From: a secondary endosymbiont of Trabutina mannipara
GTDB lineage: Bacteria > Pseudomonadota > Gammaproteobacteria > Enterobacterales > Enterobacteriaceae
Assembly (NCBI RefSeq): GCF_900090215.1
Contig: NZ_LT594522.1
Coordinates: 30,001-62,000 of the forward strand
Length of the DNA stretch: 32,000 nucleotides
Direction: 5' to 3'
The position numbers and the translations under genes were made by a program. Below are positions 9,303-24,024 of this stretch, in pieces (the stretch's first letter is position 1; every line of letters starts with the position of its first letter). Under the pieces are notes generated by a model, which did not search any database, was not told where the DNA came from, and saw nothing but the letters and a program-made list of their open reading frames with translations.

Positions 9303-10046
9303 TTAAAATCTTGTTCTCCATAAACAACTACCACTTTTTTTTTGTATTATATCTAATAGTTGTTCATGAGCTAAAATTTCTTCATTATTAGCATAAATAA
9401 TTTTCATCATCATTTTTGAATGACGCATTTTTTGTATTTGCATATTTTTTTCTGATTCATATTTTTCTTGTTCTTCTTCTTTAAGAAATTCCATTACTGT
9501 TTGACCACTAGTCATCAATAAAAAAATTTCTGCTAAAATTTTTGCATCAATTAAAGCACTGTGATTAGTACGTTTACTGTTATCTATTAAATAACGATCG
9601 CATAAAGCATCTAAATTATTACGTTTTCCAGGAAAAATTTTTCTGGCTAGTAACAAACTATCTGTTATTTTGCAAAATGTGTGAATATTATTCATACCAC
9701 AATTTAACATATTAAATTCATAATCTATAAAACCAATATCGAAGAATGCGTTATGAATAATTAATTCACTATCATAAATAAAATTTAAAAAGTCTTCTGC
9801 TATTTCTGCAAAAATAGGTTTATCATTAAGAAATTTATTACTAATACCATGTAAATTGAAAGCTTCGTTATCAATAGTACGGTTGGGTTTTAAATATGAG
9901 TGAAAGTATTTTCCTGTTATTTTACGATTTATAATTTCTATTGCTCCAATTTCGATAATTCGATGTCCTTTATAAGGAAGACCAAATTTTTTCATACCAG
10001 TAGTTTCTATATCTAGACTAATTTGTCGCAAAATATTAGTATTCAT
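9303..10046 (-). CDS. dnaQ: DNA polymerase III subunit epsilon (3'-5' proofreading exonuclease)
   Basis: 247-aa ORF with the Exo I motif ISLDIETTG and the C-terminal QKKSGSCLWR as in E. coli DnaQ. Divergent from rnhA as in E. coli. Confidence 0.93.
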   Translation of the reverse strand: MNTNILRQISLDIETTGMKKFGLPYKGHRIIEIGAIEIINRKITGKYFHSYLKPNRTIDNEAFNLHGISNKFLNDKPIFAEIAEDFLNFIYDSELIIHNAFFDIGFIDYEFNMLNCGMNNIHTFCKITDSLLLARKIFPGKRNNLDALCDRYLIDNSKRTNHSALIDAKILAEIFLLMTSGQTVMEFLKEEEQEKYESEKNMQIQKMRHSKMMMKIIYANNEEILAHEQLLDIIQKKSGSCLWRTRF

Positions 10047-10100
10047 AATGTTTGTTTATGTCATAAAATTATTAACAGATAATATAAATTATCATAATAT

Positions 10101-10610
10101 ATGTGCCAACAAATTGAAATTTTTACTGATGGTTCGTGTCTAGGTAATCCTGGTCCTGGCGGCTATTGTGCTATACTTTATTATAAAAAGCTATTTTATA
10201 AAAATTATGAAAAAACTTTTAGTGCTGGTTATCGATTAACTACTAATAACAGAATGGAGTTAATGGCTGCTATTATTGCACTAGAATCTTTAACAGAAAA
10301 ATGTAAAGTAGTAATCATTACTGATAGTCAATATCTTCGTAAAGGAATTACTGAATGGGTTAATAATTGGAAAAAACGCTATTGGAAAACTTATGACAAT
10401 AAACCAGTTAAAAACGTTGATTTATGGAAAAGGCTAGATGCAGCTATTAAACCTCATAATTTACGTTGGAATTGGGTAAAAGGACATTCAGGTAATTTTA
10501 AAAATGAACAATGTAATAAAATAGCGCGTATTGCTGCAAATTATCCATATTTAGAGGATGATATTGGCTATTGTATAGAATCTTCTACAAATATATATTT
10601 ATCAGATTAA
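10101..10610 (+). CDS. rnhA: ribonuclease HI
   Basis: 169-aa [21 protein letters not shown] and [12 protein letters not shown] match E. coli RnhA. Confidence 0.93.
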   Translation: MCQQIEIFTDGSCLGNPGPGGYCAILYYKKLFYKNYEKTFSAGYRLTTNNRMELMAAIIALESLTEKCKVVIITDSQYLRKGITEWVNNWKKRYWKTYDNKPVKNVDLWKRLDAAIKPHNLRWNWVKGHSGNFKNEQCNKIARIAANYPYLEDDIGYCIESSTNIYLSD

Positions 10611-10707
10611 GTATTGTAATACTAAAAAAATTTACAAATCTTGATTAAACCTAGTTTAAAATTTTTGATCAGTATTTAGTACTACATTAAATTAATTTTG
10701 AATATTA

Positions 10708-10780
10708 TGGGTCGTACAGGACTCGAACCTGTGACCAATTGATTAAAAGTCAACTGCTCTACCAACTGAGCTAACGACCC
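10708..10780 (-). tRNA. lysV: tRNA-Lys (anticodon UUU), no encoded CCA
   Basis: The reverse complement GGGTCGTTAGCTCAGTTGGTAGAGCAGTTGACTTTTAATCAATTGGTCACAGGTTCGAGTCCTGTACGACCCA is near-identical to E. coli tRNA-Lys. The 3' trailer is TAATATT. Confidence 0.95.
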
Positions 10781-10788
10781 TCTAATTA

Positions 10789-10861
10789 TGGGTGATGACG
10801 GTATCGAACCGCCGACCCCCTCCTTGTAAGGGAGGTGCTCTTCCAACTGAGCTAATCACCC
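10789..10861 (-). tRNA. valU: tRNA-Val (anticodon UAC), no encoded CCA
   Basis: The reverse complement is GGGTGATTAGCTCAGTTGGAAGAGCACCTCCCTTACAAGGAGGGGGTCGGCGGTTCGATACCGTCATCACCCA. It lies 8 nt upstream of tRNA-Lys and divergent from gltX, as the E. coli valU-lysV cluster does. Confidence 0.95.
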
Positions 10862-10910
10862 TAATAATTTTATTATCGTAAAGAACAACTAGAATAAGTC
10901 AATAAATTTT

Positions 10911-10918
10911 TGTATAAT
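10911..10918 (+). promoter_or_regulatory. candidate extended -10 promoter element (TGtTATAAT) upstream of gltX
   Basis: TG at 10911-10912 and TATAAT at 10913-10918, about 80 nt upstream of the gltX ATG. There is no good -35, and -10-like strings are common in AT-rich DNA. Confidence 0.3.
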
Positions 10919-10998
10919 TTAAAATTAAATTAAATTTATTAAGAACTTTATTTTATTATTAATTTATTTTTACTATTTTATTTATATAAAAATATTAT

Positions 10999-12423
10999 AT
11001 GAAAATTAAAACACGTTTTGCTCCTAGTCCTACAGGTTATTTACATATTGGTAGTGTACGTACTGCTTTATATTCTTGGTTATTTGCATGTAAAAAAAAA
11101 GGTAAATTTGTACTACGTGTAGAAGATTCTGATTCAGAAAGATCAACAAAACTAGCTATTGAAGCTATCATAGAAAGCATGAATTGGCTCAATTTAAGCT
11201 GGGATGAAGGTCCTTATTTTCAAACTAAACGTTTAAATAGATATAATATGATTATTAATGATATGCTTCATAAAAAAATTGCATATAAGTGCTATTGTTC
11301 TAAAGAACGTTTAAGAAACTTACGTAAATTACAGATAGCTCAGGGAAAAAAACCTAAATATGATGGATTTTGTAAAAATAACTATGAACATCATACTAAT
11401 GATGAACCTTATGTAGTAAGATTTAGCAATCCACAAACAGGATCAATAGTTTTTAATGATCTTATACGAGGTTCTATTGAATTTAAAAATAAAGAAATGG
11501 ATGATTTAATTATTCGTCGTACTGATGGATCATATACTTATAATTTTTGTGTAGTAGTTGATGATTTTGATATGAAAATTACTCACGTTATTCGTGGTGA
11601 AGATCATATAAATAATACACCACGTCAAATAAATATTTTAAAGGCAATTGGGGCACCAGTACCATATTATGCTCATGTATCAATGATATTGGGTAATGAT
11701 GGTAAAAAACTTTCTAAACGTCACGGTGCAGTAGGTATTATGCAGTATCGTGATGATGGTTTTTTGCCAGAAGCATTAATAAATTACCTTATCCGTTTAG
11801 GATGGTCCTATGGTGATCAGGAAATTTTTAGTATAGAAGAAATGAAAAAAAAATTTAATATTAAAGCTATAAATAAATCTGCTAGTATATTCGACATTAA
11901 AAAATTACTTTGGTTTAATCAATATTACATAAATAAATTACCTGCTGAATATATTGCTAATAATTTAATTTGGCATTTGAATAATCAAGGAATTGATACT
12001 AAAAATGGTCCTTTATTAATAGATTTAGTAAAAATTTTAAGTAAACGTTGCAAGACTCTTAAAGAAATGGCAGCTAATTGTTGTTATTTTTATAACGATT
12101 TTATCGAATTTGATAAAAATATAGCTAAAAAATATTTATGTTCTGCTACACAAACGTTACATAAAATGCGCCAAAAATTAATTTCACTTAATGAATGGAC
12201 ACCAGATTCATTAAACTTAATAATTAAAAAAACAGCTGATGAATTAAAAATTAGTATGGAAAACATTTGTATGCAATTAAGGGTTGCAGTAACTGGAATT
12301 AGTAGTTCTCCTGCTATTAATATTACTATATATACATTAGGAAAATTACGGTCTTTAGCTCATATTGAGCAAGCATTAAATTTTATTAATTGCCATTCTT
12401 CTAAAGAATTTACTAAATATTAA
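10999..12423 (+). CDS. gltX: glutamate--tRNA ligase
   Basis: 474-aa [21 protein letters not shown] (HIGH) and KLSKRHG (KMSKS) are present, and it is colinear with E. coli GltX. Confidence 0.95.
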   Translation: MKIKTRFAPSPTGYLHIGSVRTALYSWLFACKKKGKFVLRVEDSDSERSTKLAIEAIIESMNWLNLSWDEGPYFQTKRLNRYNMIINDMLHKKIAYKCYCSKERLRNLRKLQIAQGKKPKYDGFCKNNYEHHTNDEPYVVRFSNPQTGSIVFNDLIRGSIEFKNKEMDDLIIRRTDGSYTYNFCVVVDDFDMKITHVIRGEDHINNTPRQINILKAIGAPVPYYAHVSMILGNDGKKLSKRHGAVGIMQYRDDGFLPEALINYLIRLGWSYGDQEIFSIEEMKKKFNIKAINKSASIFDIKKLLWFNQYYINKLPAEYIANNLIWHLNNQGIDTKNGPLLIDLVKILSKRCKTLKEMAANCCYFYNDFIEFDKNIAKKYLCSATQTLHKMRQKLISLNEWTPDSLNLIIKKTADELKISMENICMQLRVAVTGISSSPAINITIYTLGKLRSLAHIEQALNFINCHSSKEFTKY

Positions 12424-12473
12424 TTTTAAATTATTTAAATAATTTTTTAAATAATAAATTTTTTTATAAAATA

Positions 12474-12547
12474 GGGGCTATAGCTCAATTAGGTAGAGTA
12501 CTTGCATGGCATGCAAGTGGTTAGCGGTTCGATTCCGCTTAGCTCCA
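12474..12547 (+). tRNA. alaX: tRNA-Ala (anticodon GGC), no encoded CCA
   Basis: GGGGCTATAGCTC...CTTGCATGGCATGCAAG...TAGCTCCA. The G3:U70 identity pair is present, and the sequence resembles E. coli alaW/alaX. Confidence 0.92.
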
Positions 12548-12696
12548 ATAAAATATTTTAGTAAATTTTAAAAAAATTAAATATAAAATATAATAACTTA
12601 AATACAAGGTAATTTTTATAATTATAAAATGTATTAAAATTAAATTTTATAAATTTTATATTTTATCTTTTAAGTGCTATTTTTAAAAATTAAAAT

Positions 12697-13407
12697 TTAA
12701 TAATTTAAATATAATTTTTCATAAGATTTTTCATAAAAAAATAAAGCTTTTTTAATCGCTTTAGTATTTTCAAAATTACGTAGCATTTTCTCAACACGTT
12801 TATTTACTGCAATATAAGATTCACATTTATAGTAATATTTTATTATAGAAAGTTCATAATCAGCTATACTATTTTTAAGATAAATTATATATTTAATATT
12901 ATCTGAATATTGGCTATTAGGATAAGTATTAATTAGTTGTATAAAATTAAGTAATGCTGTACGCACATATTTAGTATTAGTATTACTATTTATACCAAAT
13001 AATCCTTGTAATAGATTATTGCTATCTCGTGCCATATTAATTAATCCTTGCATATAAATTACATAATCAATATTAGGATGATTAGAATTAAATAGTAAAA
13101 AATTATTAATAGATGATTGTGCAAAAGAAAAACTAGTTAATTTATAGTAAGCATAAATTAAATTTAATTGGATTTGTTGTGCATAAGATGTAATTAAATT
13201 ATAATTTTTTAAAAATTTAAAATTTTTAATAGCTATTAAAGTATCATTATTACAATTACCATTATATAATTTTTGTTGTGCATATAGATAAATATCTGAT
13301 GGATTATTTTTTATTAAAATATTTTTATGATTTAAACAATCTTGATTTAAACAACCTATTAATAATAGTCCTATACTATAAGCTAATGTTATATATTTTA
13401 TTTGCAT
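12697..13407 (-). CDS. bamD: outer membrane protein assembly factor BamD (lipoprotein)
   Basis: 236-aa ORF with lipobox LLIGC. QIQLNLIYAYYK and HPNIDYVIYMQGL match E. coli BamD. Divergent from rluD as in E. coli. Confidence 0.9.
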   Translation of the reverse strand: MQIKYITLAYSIGLLLIGCLNQDCLNHKNILIKNNPSDIYLYAQQKLYNGNCNNDTLIAIKNFKFLKNYNLITSYAQQIQLNLIYAYYKLTSFSFAQSSINNFLLFNSNHPNIDYVIYMQGLINMARDSNNLLQGLFGINSNTNTKYVRTALLNFIQLINTYPNSQYSDNIKYIIYLKNSIADYELSIIKYYYKCESYIAVNKRVEKMLRNFENTKAIKKALFFYEKSYEKLYLNY

Positions 13408-13429
13408 TTAAATTTTATTTATCTCTTTT

Positions 13430-13453
13430 TTTTAAAAAAGATTTTAAAAAAGT
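13430..13453. repeat. tandem duplication, 12 bp x2 (ttttaaaaaaga / ttttaaaaaagt, 11/12 identical)
   Basis: Read directly in the bamD-rluD divergent spacer. Confidence 0.8.
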
Positions 13454-13482
13454 TTTATTTCAATTATTAAAATTAATAAATT

Positions 13483-14433
13483 ATGGTAATAATTACTGGA
13501 ATTTTGAAAAAATCACAATTAGGTAAACGTTTAGATCAAGCTTTAGCTGAATTATTTTCTAGTTATTCAAGATCACAAATAAAAAAATTTATTCTTAAAG
13601 GTTTAGTAAGGTTAAATGATAAAGTTAAATTAATACCTAAAGAAAAAATATATGGTAATGAAAATGTTGAAATACAGATAATAAAAAAAGAAATATGTAA
13701 ATCACAAAATATACCATTGAATATTGTTTATGAAGATGAATATATATTAGTTATTAATAAAAAAGCTAATTTAGTAGTCCATCCTGGTGCAGGAAATAGT
13801 GAAAATACCATCCTAAATGCTTTGTTATATTATTTTCCTCCTATTGTAAAGGTTCCTCGTGCTGGAATTGTCCATCGTTTAGACAAAAATACTACTGGTT
13901 TAATGGTTATAGCTAAAACAATTTTAGCATATATCCGTTTAGTCAATTTTTTTAAAATGCGAAATATTATCAGAGAATATGAAGCTATTACTATAGGTAA
14001 TATTATATCAGGAGGTACTGTTAATCAACCTATTGCTCGACATTATTCTAATAGAATGCAAATGATAGTTTGCTCAAATGGAAAGAAAGCAATAACTCAT
14101 TATCGTATTATAGAACGTTTTAGAGCTCACACACATTTACGTTTACGTCTAGATACTGGACGTACTCACCAAATTCGTGTTCATATGGCTTATATTAATT
14201 ATCCTTTGTTAGGAGATCCGCTTTATAGCAAAAAGGAAAAAATTTCCAAAATTTCTTCTGAAAAGATTAATAATCTATTACAATATTTTAACAGACAAGC
14301 ATTACATGCTGTTTCTTTAGGTTTTTATCATCCTATAACATCAATTAAAATGAAATGGAATATATCTTTACCACAAGATATGTTAAATTTAATAATAGCA
14401 TTAAGAGAAGATTCATTAAATAAAAGCATATAA
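13483..14433 (+). CDS. rluD: 23S rRNA pseudouridine(1911/1915/1917) synthase
   Basis: 316-aa ORF. LGKRLDQALAELF, VVHPGAGN, GIVHRLDKNTTGLMV and GRTHQIRVHMA match E. coli RluD. Confidence 0.93.
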   Translation: MVIITGILKKSQLGKRLDQALAELFSSYSRSQIKKFILKGLVRLNDKVKLIPKEKIYGNENVEIQIIKKEICKSQNIPLNIVYEDEYILVINKKANLVVHPGAGNSENTILNALLYYFPPIVKVPRAGIVHRLDKNTTGLMVIAKTILAYIRLVNFFKMRNIIREYEAITIGNIISGGTVNQPIARHYSNRMQMIVCSNGKKAITHYRIIERFRAHTHLRLRLDTGRTHQIRVHMAYINYPLLGDPLYSKKEKISKISSEKINNLLQYFNRQALHAVSLGFYHPITSIKMKWNISLPQDMLNLIIALREDSLNKSI

Positions 14434-14467
14434 TTTATATAGCTTATTGAGGATAAAATAATAAAAT

Positions 14468-17044
14468 ATGCATTTAGATCGTTTTACTAATAAATTTCAA
14501 CTTGCTCTTGCAGAGGCTCAATATCTTTCTCTTGAAAGAAAAAATGAATTTATTGAACCTATACATGTTATGTTAGCTTTATTAAAAAATAAAAATGATA
14601 ATGTATATTCATTACTTCAATTTGCTGATGTTAATATAGTATCATTTATTAACTCGATTGAGCATGCTTGTGAACATCTTCCACGAAAAAATGAAATTAG
14701 TGGTAATGTACAGCTTTCACAAGATTTAATTCGTATATTTAATTTATGCGATAAAATCGCTCAAAAATATGAGGAAAATTTTATTTCTTCAAAAATTTTC
14801 GTTTTAGCTTCATTAGAAGTTAATGGCATTTTAAAAGACATTTTAAAATCAGCTGGTGTTACAACGACAACAATTACTAAAGCAATTGAAAAAATAATCA
14901 ATGGAGAATTTGTAAAAAATAAAAATACAGAAGATTACAGCAAAGTATTAAAAAAATTTACTATTGATTTAACTGAATATGCTGAAAAAGGAAAATTAGA
15001 TCCTGTTATTGGTCGTGATGAAGAGATAAGACGCACTATTCAAGTACTTCAACGTCGTACTAAAAATAATCCAGTTTTAATTGGTGAACCAGGTGTAGGT
15101 AAAACTGCTATTATTGAGGGATTAGCACAGCGTATTGTTAATGGTGAAGTACCTGAAGGTTTAAAAAAAAATAGAGTTTTATCTCTTGATATAGGATTAT
15201 TAATAGCTGGTGCTAAATATCGTGGTGAATTTGAAGAAAGATTAAAATCATTATTAAATGATCTTTCAAAGAATGAAGTAAATATTATTCTTTTTATAGA
15301 TGAATTACATACTATGGTAGGTACAGGTAACAATGATGGTGCAATGGATGCTAGTAATATGTTAAAACCAGCACTTGCAAGAGGTGAACTTCATTGTGTA
15401 GGAGCTACTACACTTGACGAATACCGTAAATTTATTGAAAAAGACGCTGCGTTAGAACGTCGTTTTCAAAAAATTTTTGTTTTTGAACCAAATATCGAAG
15501 ATACAATTGCTATTTTGCGTGGATTAAAAGAGCGTTATGAATTACATCATCATGTACAAATAACAGATCCTGCTATAGTTGCCGCAGCAACTCTATCTCA
15601 TCGATATATAGCAGATAGGAAATTGCCAGATAAAGCAATTGATCTTATAGATGAAGCTGCATCTAGTATTCGTATACAAATAGATTCTAAACCAGAAGAT
15701 CTGGATAGATTAGAACGAAGAATAATTCAATTAAAATTAGAACAACAAGCTCTAAAGAAAGAATCAGATGAATCAAGTATAAAAAGATTAAAAATTATTA
15801 ATGATGAATTAAATCAAAAAGAAAAAGATTTTTCGGAACTTGAAGAAGAATGGAAATCAGAAAAAAATTCTTTATTAAAGAATCAAAATTTAAAAAAAGA
15901 ATTAGAAAAAGCAAAAATTTTAATTGAACAGGCAAAACGTGTTGGTGATTTAGCATTAATGTCTGAATTACAGTATGGAAAAATTCCTGAAATAGAAAAA
16001 AAAATTGTAACTATTTCGCAATCTGTAAATAAATCTTTACGATTATTACGTAATCGTGTAACTGATATTGAAATCGCTGAAGTATTAGCTAGATGGACAG
16101 GAATTCCTGTATCAAAAATGTTAGAAACTGAAAGAGAAAAAATACTACATATAGAGCATAATTTACATCAAAAAATTATTGGTCAAAATGAAGCAGTAGA
16201 AGCAGTTGCAAATGCAATTCGTAGAAGTCGTACAGGTTTAGCAGATCCTAATAGACCAATAGGTTCTTTTATGTTTTTAGGACCTACTGGAGTAGGAAAA
16301 ACAGAATTGTGTAAAACATTAGCTATGTTCTTATTTGATAGTGATAGTGCAATTATTCGTATTGATATGTCTGAATTTATGGAAAAACATTCAGTATCTA
16401 AATTAGTAGGTGCTCCTCCAGGTTATATTGGTTATGAAGAAGGAGGATTTTTAACTGAAGCAGTTAAACGTCGTCCTTATTCTGTTATTTTATTAGATGA
16501 GATTGAAAAAGCTCATTCTGATGTATTTAATATTTTATTACAATTATTAGATGATGGTCGTTTAACTGATTGTAAGGGTCGTACAGTAGATTTTCGTAAT
16601 ACTATAGTTATTCTGACGTCTAATTTAGGATCAGATATAATTCAAGATCGTTTTAATAAAATTAATTATTTTGAAATAAAAAAAATAGTACTAAATATAG
16701 TTAGCCATCACTTTCGTCCAGAATTTATTAATCGTATAGATGATATTGTAGTATTTCATCCACTTAATAATGATCATCTAATAAAAATTGCACAAATTCA
16801 ACTGAAAAATTTATATCAACGTTTAGAATCAAAAGGTTATAGACTAAGTAGTATAAATGATAGAGTATTAAATTTTTTATGTAAATCTAGTTTTGATCCT
16901 ATTTATGGAGCACGTCCTTTAAAAAGAATTATAAAACAAGAAATAGAAAATCCATTATCTCAAAAAATTTTATCTGAAAATTTATTACCGAATAAATCAA
17001 TAATTTTAGATGTAAAAGATAATCATCTTATTATTAATCAATAA
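14468..17044 (+). CDS. clpB: ATP-dependent chaperone (disaggregase) ClpB
   Basis: 858-aa ORF with two AAA+ modules ([20 protein letters not shown]) and a middle coiled-coil. Roughly two-thirds identical to E. coli ClpB by eye. Confidence 0.97.
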   Translation: MHLDRFTNKFQLALAEAQYLSLERKNEFIEPIHVMLALLKNKNDNVYSLLQFADVNIVSFINSIEHACEHLPRKNEISGNVQLSQDLIRIFNLCDKIAQKYEENFISSKIFVLASLEVNGILKDILKSAGVTTTTITKAIEKIINGEFVKNKNTEDYSKVLKKFTIDLTEYAEKGKLDPVIGRDEEIRRTIQVLQRRTKNNPVLIGEPGVGKTAIIEGLAQRIVNGEVPEGLKKNRVLSLDIGLLIAGAKYRGEFEERLKSLLNDLSKNEVNIILFIDELHTMVGTGNNDGAMDASNMLKPALARGELHCVGATTLDEYRKFIEKDAALERRFQKIFVFEPNIEDTIAILRGLKERYELHHHVQITDPAIVAAATLSHRYIADRKLPDKAIDLIDEAASSIRIQIDSKPEDLDRLERRIIQLKLEQQALKKESDESSIKRLKIINDELNQKEKDFSELEEEWKSEKNSLLKNQNLKKELEKAKILIEQAKRVGDLALMSELQYGKIPEIEKKIVTISQSVNKSLRLLRNRVTDIEIAEVLARWTGIPVSKMLETEREKILHIEHNLHQKIIGQNEAVEAVANAIRRSRTGLADPNRPIGSFMFLGPTGVGKTELCKTLAMFLFDSDSAIIRIDMSEFMEKHSVSKLVGAPPGYIGYEEGGFLTEAVKRRPYSVILLDEIEKAHSDVFNILLQLLDDGRLTDCKGRTVDFRNTIVILTSNLGSDIIQDRFNKINYFEIKKIVLNIVSHHFRPEFINRIDDIVVFHPLNNDHLIKIAQIQLKNLYQRLESKGYRLSSINDRVLNFLCKSSFDPIYGARPLKRIIKQEIENPLSQKILSENLLPNKSIILDVKDNHLIINQ

Positions 17045-17205
17045 GCTATTTAACATAAATTAACTTATTTCTAGATTTAGATGATAAAATCATTAATAAT
17101 TAATTTTTGTATTAATTTACTATTTTTAGTTTTGATAATTATTTTTTACTAAAGTATAGAAATTAATTACATTGAATTACTATTTAGTAATAAATAGGTA
17201 AAAGC

Positions 17206-17234
17206 TTGACTATTTAAAAAAGATAATATATTTT
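17206..17234 (+). promoter_or_regulatory. candidate rRNA operon promoter (TTGACT, then a 15-17 bp spacer, then TATATT/TATTTT)
   Basis: TTGACT at 17206-17211 with -10-like hexamers starting at 17227-17229, about 160 nt upstream of 16S. Weak evidence given the AT richness. Confidence 0.3.
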
Positions 17235-17259
17235 ATATTAAATTATTTTATTTTTTATT

Positions 17260-17274
17260 TGCGTTCTTTAACAA
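17260..17274 (+). promoter_or_regulatory. rrn leader boxA-like antitermination element (TGCGTTCTTTAACAA)
   Basis: Matches E. coli rrn leader boxA TGCTCTTTAACAA. It is followed by the conserved ATCAGACAATCTGTGTG. Confidence 0.6.
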
Positions 17275-17277
17275 AAG

Positions 17278-17298
17278 ATCAGACAATCTGTGTGAACA
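17278..17298 (+). other. 5' half of the 16S precursor processing stem (pairs with 18966-18987)
   Basis: atcagacaatctgtgtgaaca is complementary, with G:U pairs and one bulge, to tgttcatatcagattgtttgat downstream of 16S. The position is homologous to the E. coli RNase III stem. Confidence 0.6.
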
Positions 17299-17392
17299 TT
17301 AGCAATTTTTTTATAAAACATTAATTCTTAAAATTAAAATAAAAAAACTTAATTTATATGAGTAAAATTTTTAATTTTTAAGTATTCAATTT

Positions 17393-18942
<1,550 letters not shown>

Positions 18943-18965
18943 ACATAAAAATATTGTTGTTAATT

Positions 18966-18987
18966 TGTTCATATCAGATTGTTTGAT
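18966..18987 (+). other. 3' half of the 16S precursor processing stem
   Basis: Complementary to 17278-17298. Confidence 0.55.
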
Positions 18988-19012
18988 ATAATAATGAGCA
19001 AACCTATATAAT

Positions 19013-19089
<77 letters not shown>

Positions 19090-19128
19090 ATTTTAAAATT
19101 ATTTAAAATTTACAATTTTTTTAAAAAT

Positions 19129-19204
19129 GGGGCTATAGCTCAGCTGGGAGAGCGCCTGCTTTGCACGCAGGAGGTCAGCGGTTCAATCCCGCTTAGCTCC
19201 ACCA
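19129..19204 (+). tRNA. alaT: tRNA-Ala (anticodon UGC), CCA encoded, in the 16S-23S spacer
   Basis: GGGGCTATAGCTCAGCTGGGAGAGCGCCTGCTTTGCACGCAGGAGGTCAGCGGTTCAATCCCGCTTAGCTCCACCA. Confidence 0.97.
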
Positions 19205-19255
19205 TATGTTTTTTAGTGTTCTTTTATAAGATAAAAAGATAGTTCAGGGTTGTAA

Positions 19256-22176
<2,921 letters not shown>

Positions 22177-22207
22177 AACACCTGAGCTATTTATTTGAGA
22201 TTTATTT

Positions 22208-22327
22208 TGCCTGGTAGTACTAGCGCAGTGGAACCACCTGATTCCATACCGAACTCAGAAGTGAAACGCTGTAGTGCCGATGGTAGTGTGGGGTCTCCCC
22301 ATGTGAGAGTAGGGAGCTGCCAGGCAA
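22208..22327 (+). rRNA. rrf: 5S ribosomal RNA
   Basis: TGCCTGGTAGTACTAGCGCAGTGGAACCACCTGATTCCATACCGAACTCAGAAGTGAAACG...CTGCCAGGCAAT aligns with E. coli 5S. Confidence 0.95.
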
Positions 22328-22334
22328 TATTAAA

Positions 22335-23732
22335 TTAAAAAGAAATATTTTTTGTAGTTCTTGGAAAAGGTATTACATCACGAATATTTTGTATTCCTGT
22401 AATATAAGCTATTAATCTTTCTAAACCTAATCCAAAACCAGAATGAGGAACAGTTCCATATCGACGTAAATCGCGATACCACCAATAATTTTCTTTATTG
22501 AGTCCCATTTCAGTTAAACGAGCATCTAAACGATCTAAACGTTCTTCACGTTGAGAGCCACCAATTATTTCACCCATTCCAGGTACAAGTATATCCATTG
22601 CAGCAACAGTTTTTTCATCATCATTTATACGCATGTAGAATGCTTTTATGTTTTTAGGATAATTTTTTACAATTACTGGAGCTTGAAAGTATTTTTCTGC
22701 TAAAAAACGTTCATATTCTGAAGATAAATCCATACCCCAAAAAACTGTATTTTTAAAATTTTTACTATTTTTTTGTAAAATACTTATTGCTTCAGTGTAA
22801 TCTATTTGTGCAAAATCTGTATTAATAATTTTTATTATGCTATTTTTAACTTCTTTATTAAAAAATTTTGTAAAAAATTGAATATCATCGTAACTTTCTA
22901 TTAATACTGTTTTAAATAAATACTTAAGCATGGATTCTGCTAATACAGATATATCAGTTAAAGTAGCAAATGCTATTTCTGGTTCTACCATCCAAAATTC
23001 AGCAAGATGGCGGCTAGTATTAGAATTTTCAGCTCTAAATATTGGACCGAAAGTATATATTTTGGACATAGCACATGCATAACTTTCTCCATTTAATTGT
23101 CCTGAAACTGTTAAAAATGCTTCTTTTCCAAAGAAATCTTTATCATAATTAACTTTACCGTTATGTGAACGAGGTAAATTTTCTAGATCTAAAGTAGAAA
23201 CGCGAAACATTTCTCCAGCACCTTCAGTATTAGAAGCAGTAATTAATGGTGTTGATACCCATAAAAAACCATTTTCGTTCATAAAACGATGAATAGCTTG
23301 CGCTATAGTGTGTCTTATTCTTATTACAGCACCCATTATATTAGTCCGTGATCTAAGATGGGATACTTCACGCAAATACTCTAAACTATGTTTTTTAGCA
23401 GCAATAGGATAAGTATTTGGATTATCTATCCAGCCTATTACTTCAATTTTAGAAGCTTTAATTTCGTAATTATGACCGATACTTAAAGATTTTACTACTT
23501 TTCCTGTTATGGAAACAGAGCAACCAGTAGTTAAGCGCCTAATTTCATTATTATAATTAGGCAGAGTATTATTAATTACAATCTGTAAAGAATTAAAACA
23601 GGAACCATCATATATTGCAAGGAATGATATTCCTGTTTTTGAATCTCTTCTAGTACGTACCCAACCATGGACAGTAACTGTACTATTTTCAATTACACGA
23701 CATTGAAGTACTTCTACTATAGATAGAATCAC
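22335..23732 (-). CDS. asnS: asparagine--tRNA ligase (GTG start)
   Basis: 465-aa ORF, colinear with E. coli AsnS (466 aa) from VEVLQCRV to [11 protein letters not shown]. The start codon is GTG (complement of 23730-23732). Confidence 0.95.
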   Translation of the reverse strand: MILSIVEVLQCRVIENSTVTVHGWVRTRRDSKTGISFLAIYDGSCFNSLQIVINNTLPNYNNEIRRLTTGCSVSITGKVVKSLSIGHNYEIKASKIEVIGWIDNPNTYPIAAKKHSLEYLREVSHLRSRTNIMGAVIRIRHTIAQAIHRFMNENGFLWVSTPLITASNTEGAGEMFRVSTLDLENLPRSHNGKVNYDKDFFGKEAFLTVSGQLNGESYACAMSKIYTFGPIFRAENSNTSRHLAEFWMVEPEIAFATLTDISVLAESMLKYLFKTVLIESYDDIQFFTKFFNKEVKNSIIKIINTDFAQIDYTEAISILQKNSKNFKNTVFWGMDLSSEYERFLAEKYFQAPVIVKNYPKNIKAFYMRINDDEKTVAAMDILVPGMGEIIGGSQREERLDRLDARLTEMGLNKENYWWYRDLRRYGTVPHSGFGLGLERLIAYITGIQNIRDVIPFPRTTKNISF

Positions 23733-23805
23733 AAAATTTTCTCTTTAAAATTAAATATTGCTTTATGTTCAGTATAAAGTGTAAATTATATTTTTTTACG
23801 AATAC

Positions 23806-23823
23806 GAAGCTGACATCAGCTTC
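23806..23823. other. perfect hairpin gaagctg-acat-cagcttc (7-bp stem, 4-nt loop)
   Basis: Read directly. Lies 74 nt upstream of the asnS start in the asnS / tRNA-Ser spacer. Confidence 0.7.
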
Positions 23824-23824
23824 C

Positions 23825-23867
23825 AAAACTATGTTTTTCCTTACCACTTTCCTTACCACATAGTTTT
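23825..23867. repeat. 9-bp inverted repeat (aaaactatg / catagtttt) enclosing a tandem 12-mer (ttccttaccact, about x2)
   Basis: Read directly. Inverted-repeat arms are 23825-23833 and 23859-23867. Direct repeats are 23837-23847 and 23849-23859. Confidence 0.8.
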
Positions 23868-24024
23868 CTAGATAAAATCTGATATTACTAGATTATATAA
23901 AAAATAACAAAAAAATAACAACTAAATAACTATCTAGATATTAAGATAGACCATTATGATAATAATAAGTTAATCATTTTTTCTGATATTATTAATAAAA
24001 TTGGATATGTATATGTAATGGATA

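Noticed and set aside
12424-12473. All-A/T palindromes after gltX (aaattatttaaataattt). Similar ones occur after tRNA-Phe (2259-2289) and rnhA (10611-10640). Considered as intrinsic terminators.
   Set aside because: The stems contain no G:C pairs and have negligible loops. Such palindromes are expected by chance in DNA with under 15% GC.
14900-14925. Possible internal translation start in clpB, corresponding to the E. coli ClpB-80 GTG at Val149.
   Set aside because: The aligned valine (GEFVKNK) is encoded by GTA, not a start codon, so the short isoform start is not evidently conserved.
17045-17205. Long clpB-rrn spacer and the other long spacers (12548-12696, 23868-24024, 3997-4198), screened by eye for tmRNA, 4.5S, RNase P, 6S or other known RNA signatures.
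   Set aside because: I recognised no conserved RNA motif, such as the 4.5S GGAAG-containing hairpin or a tRNA-like end. The sequence is low-complexity A/T.
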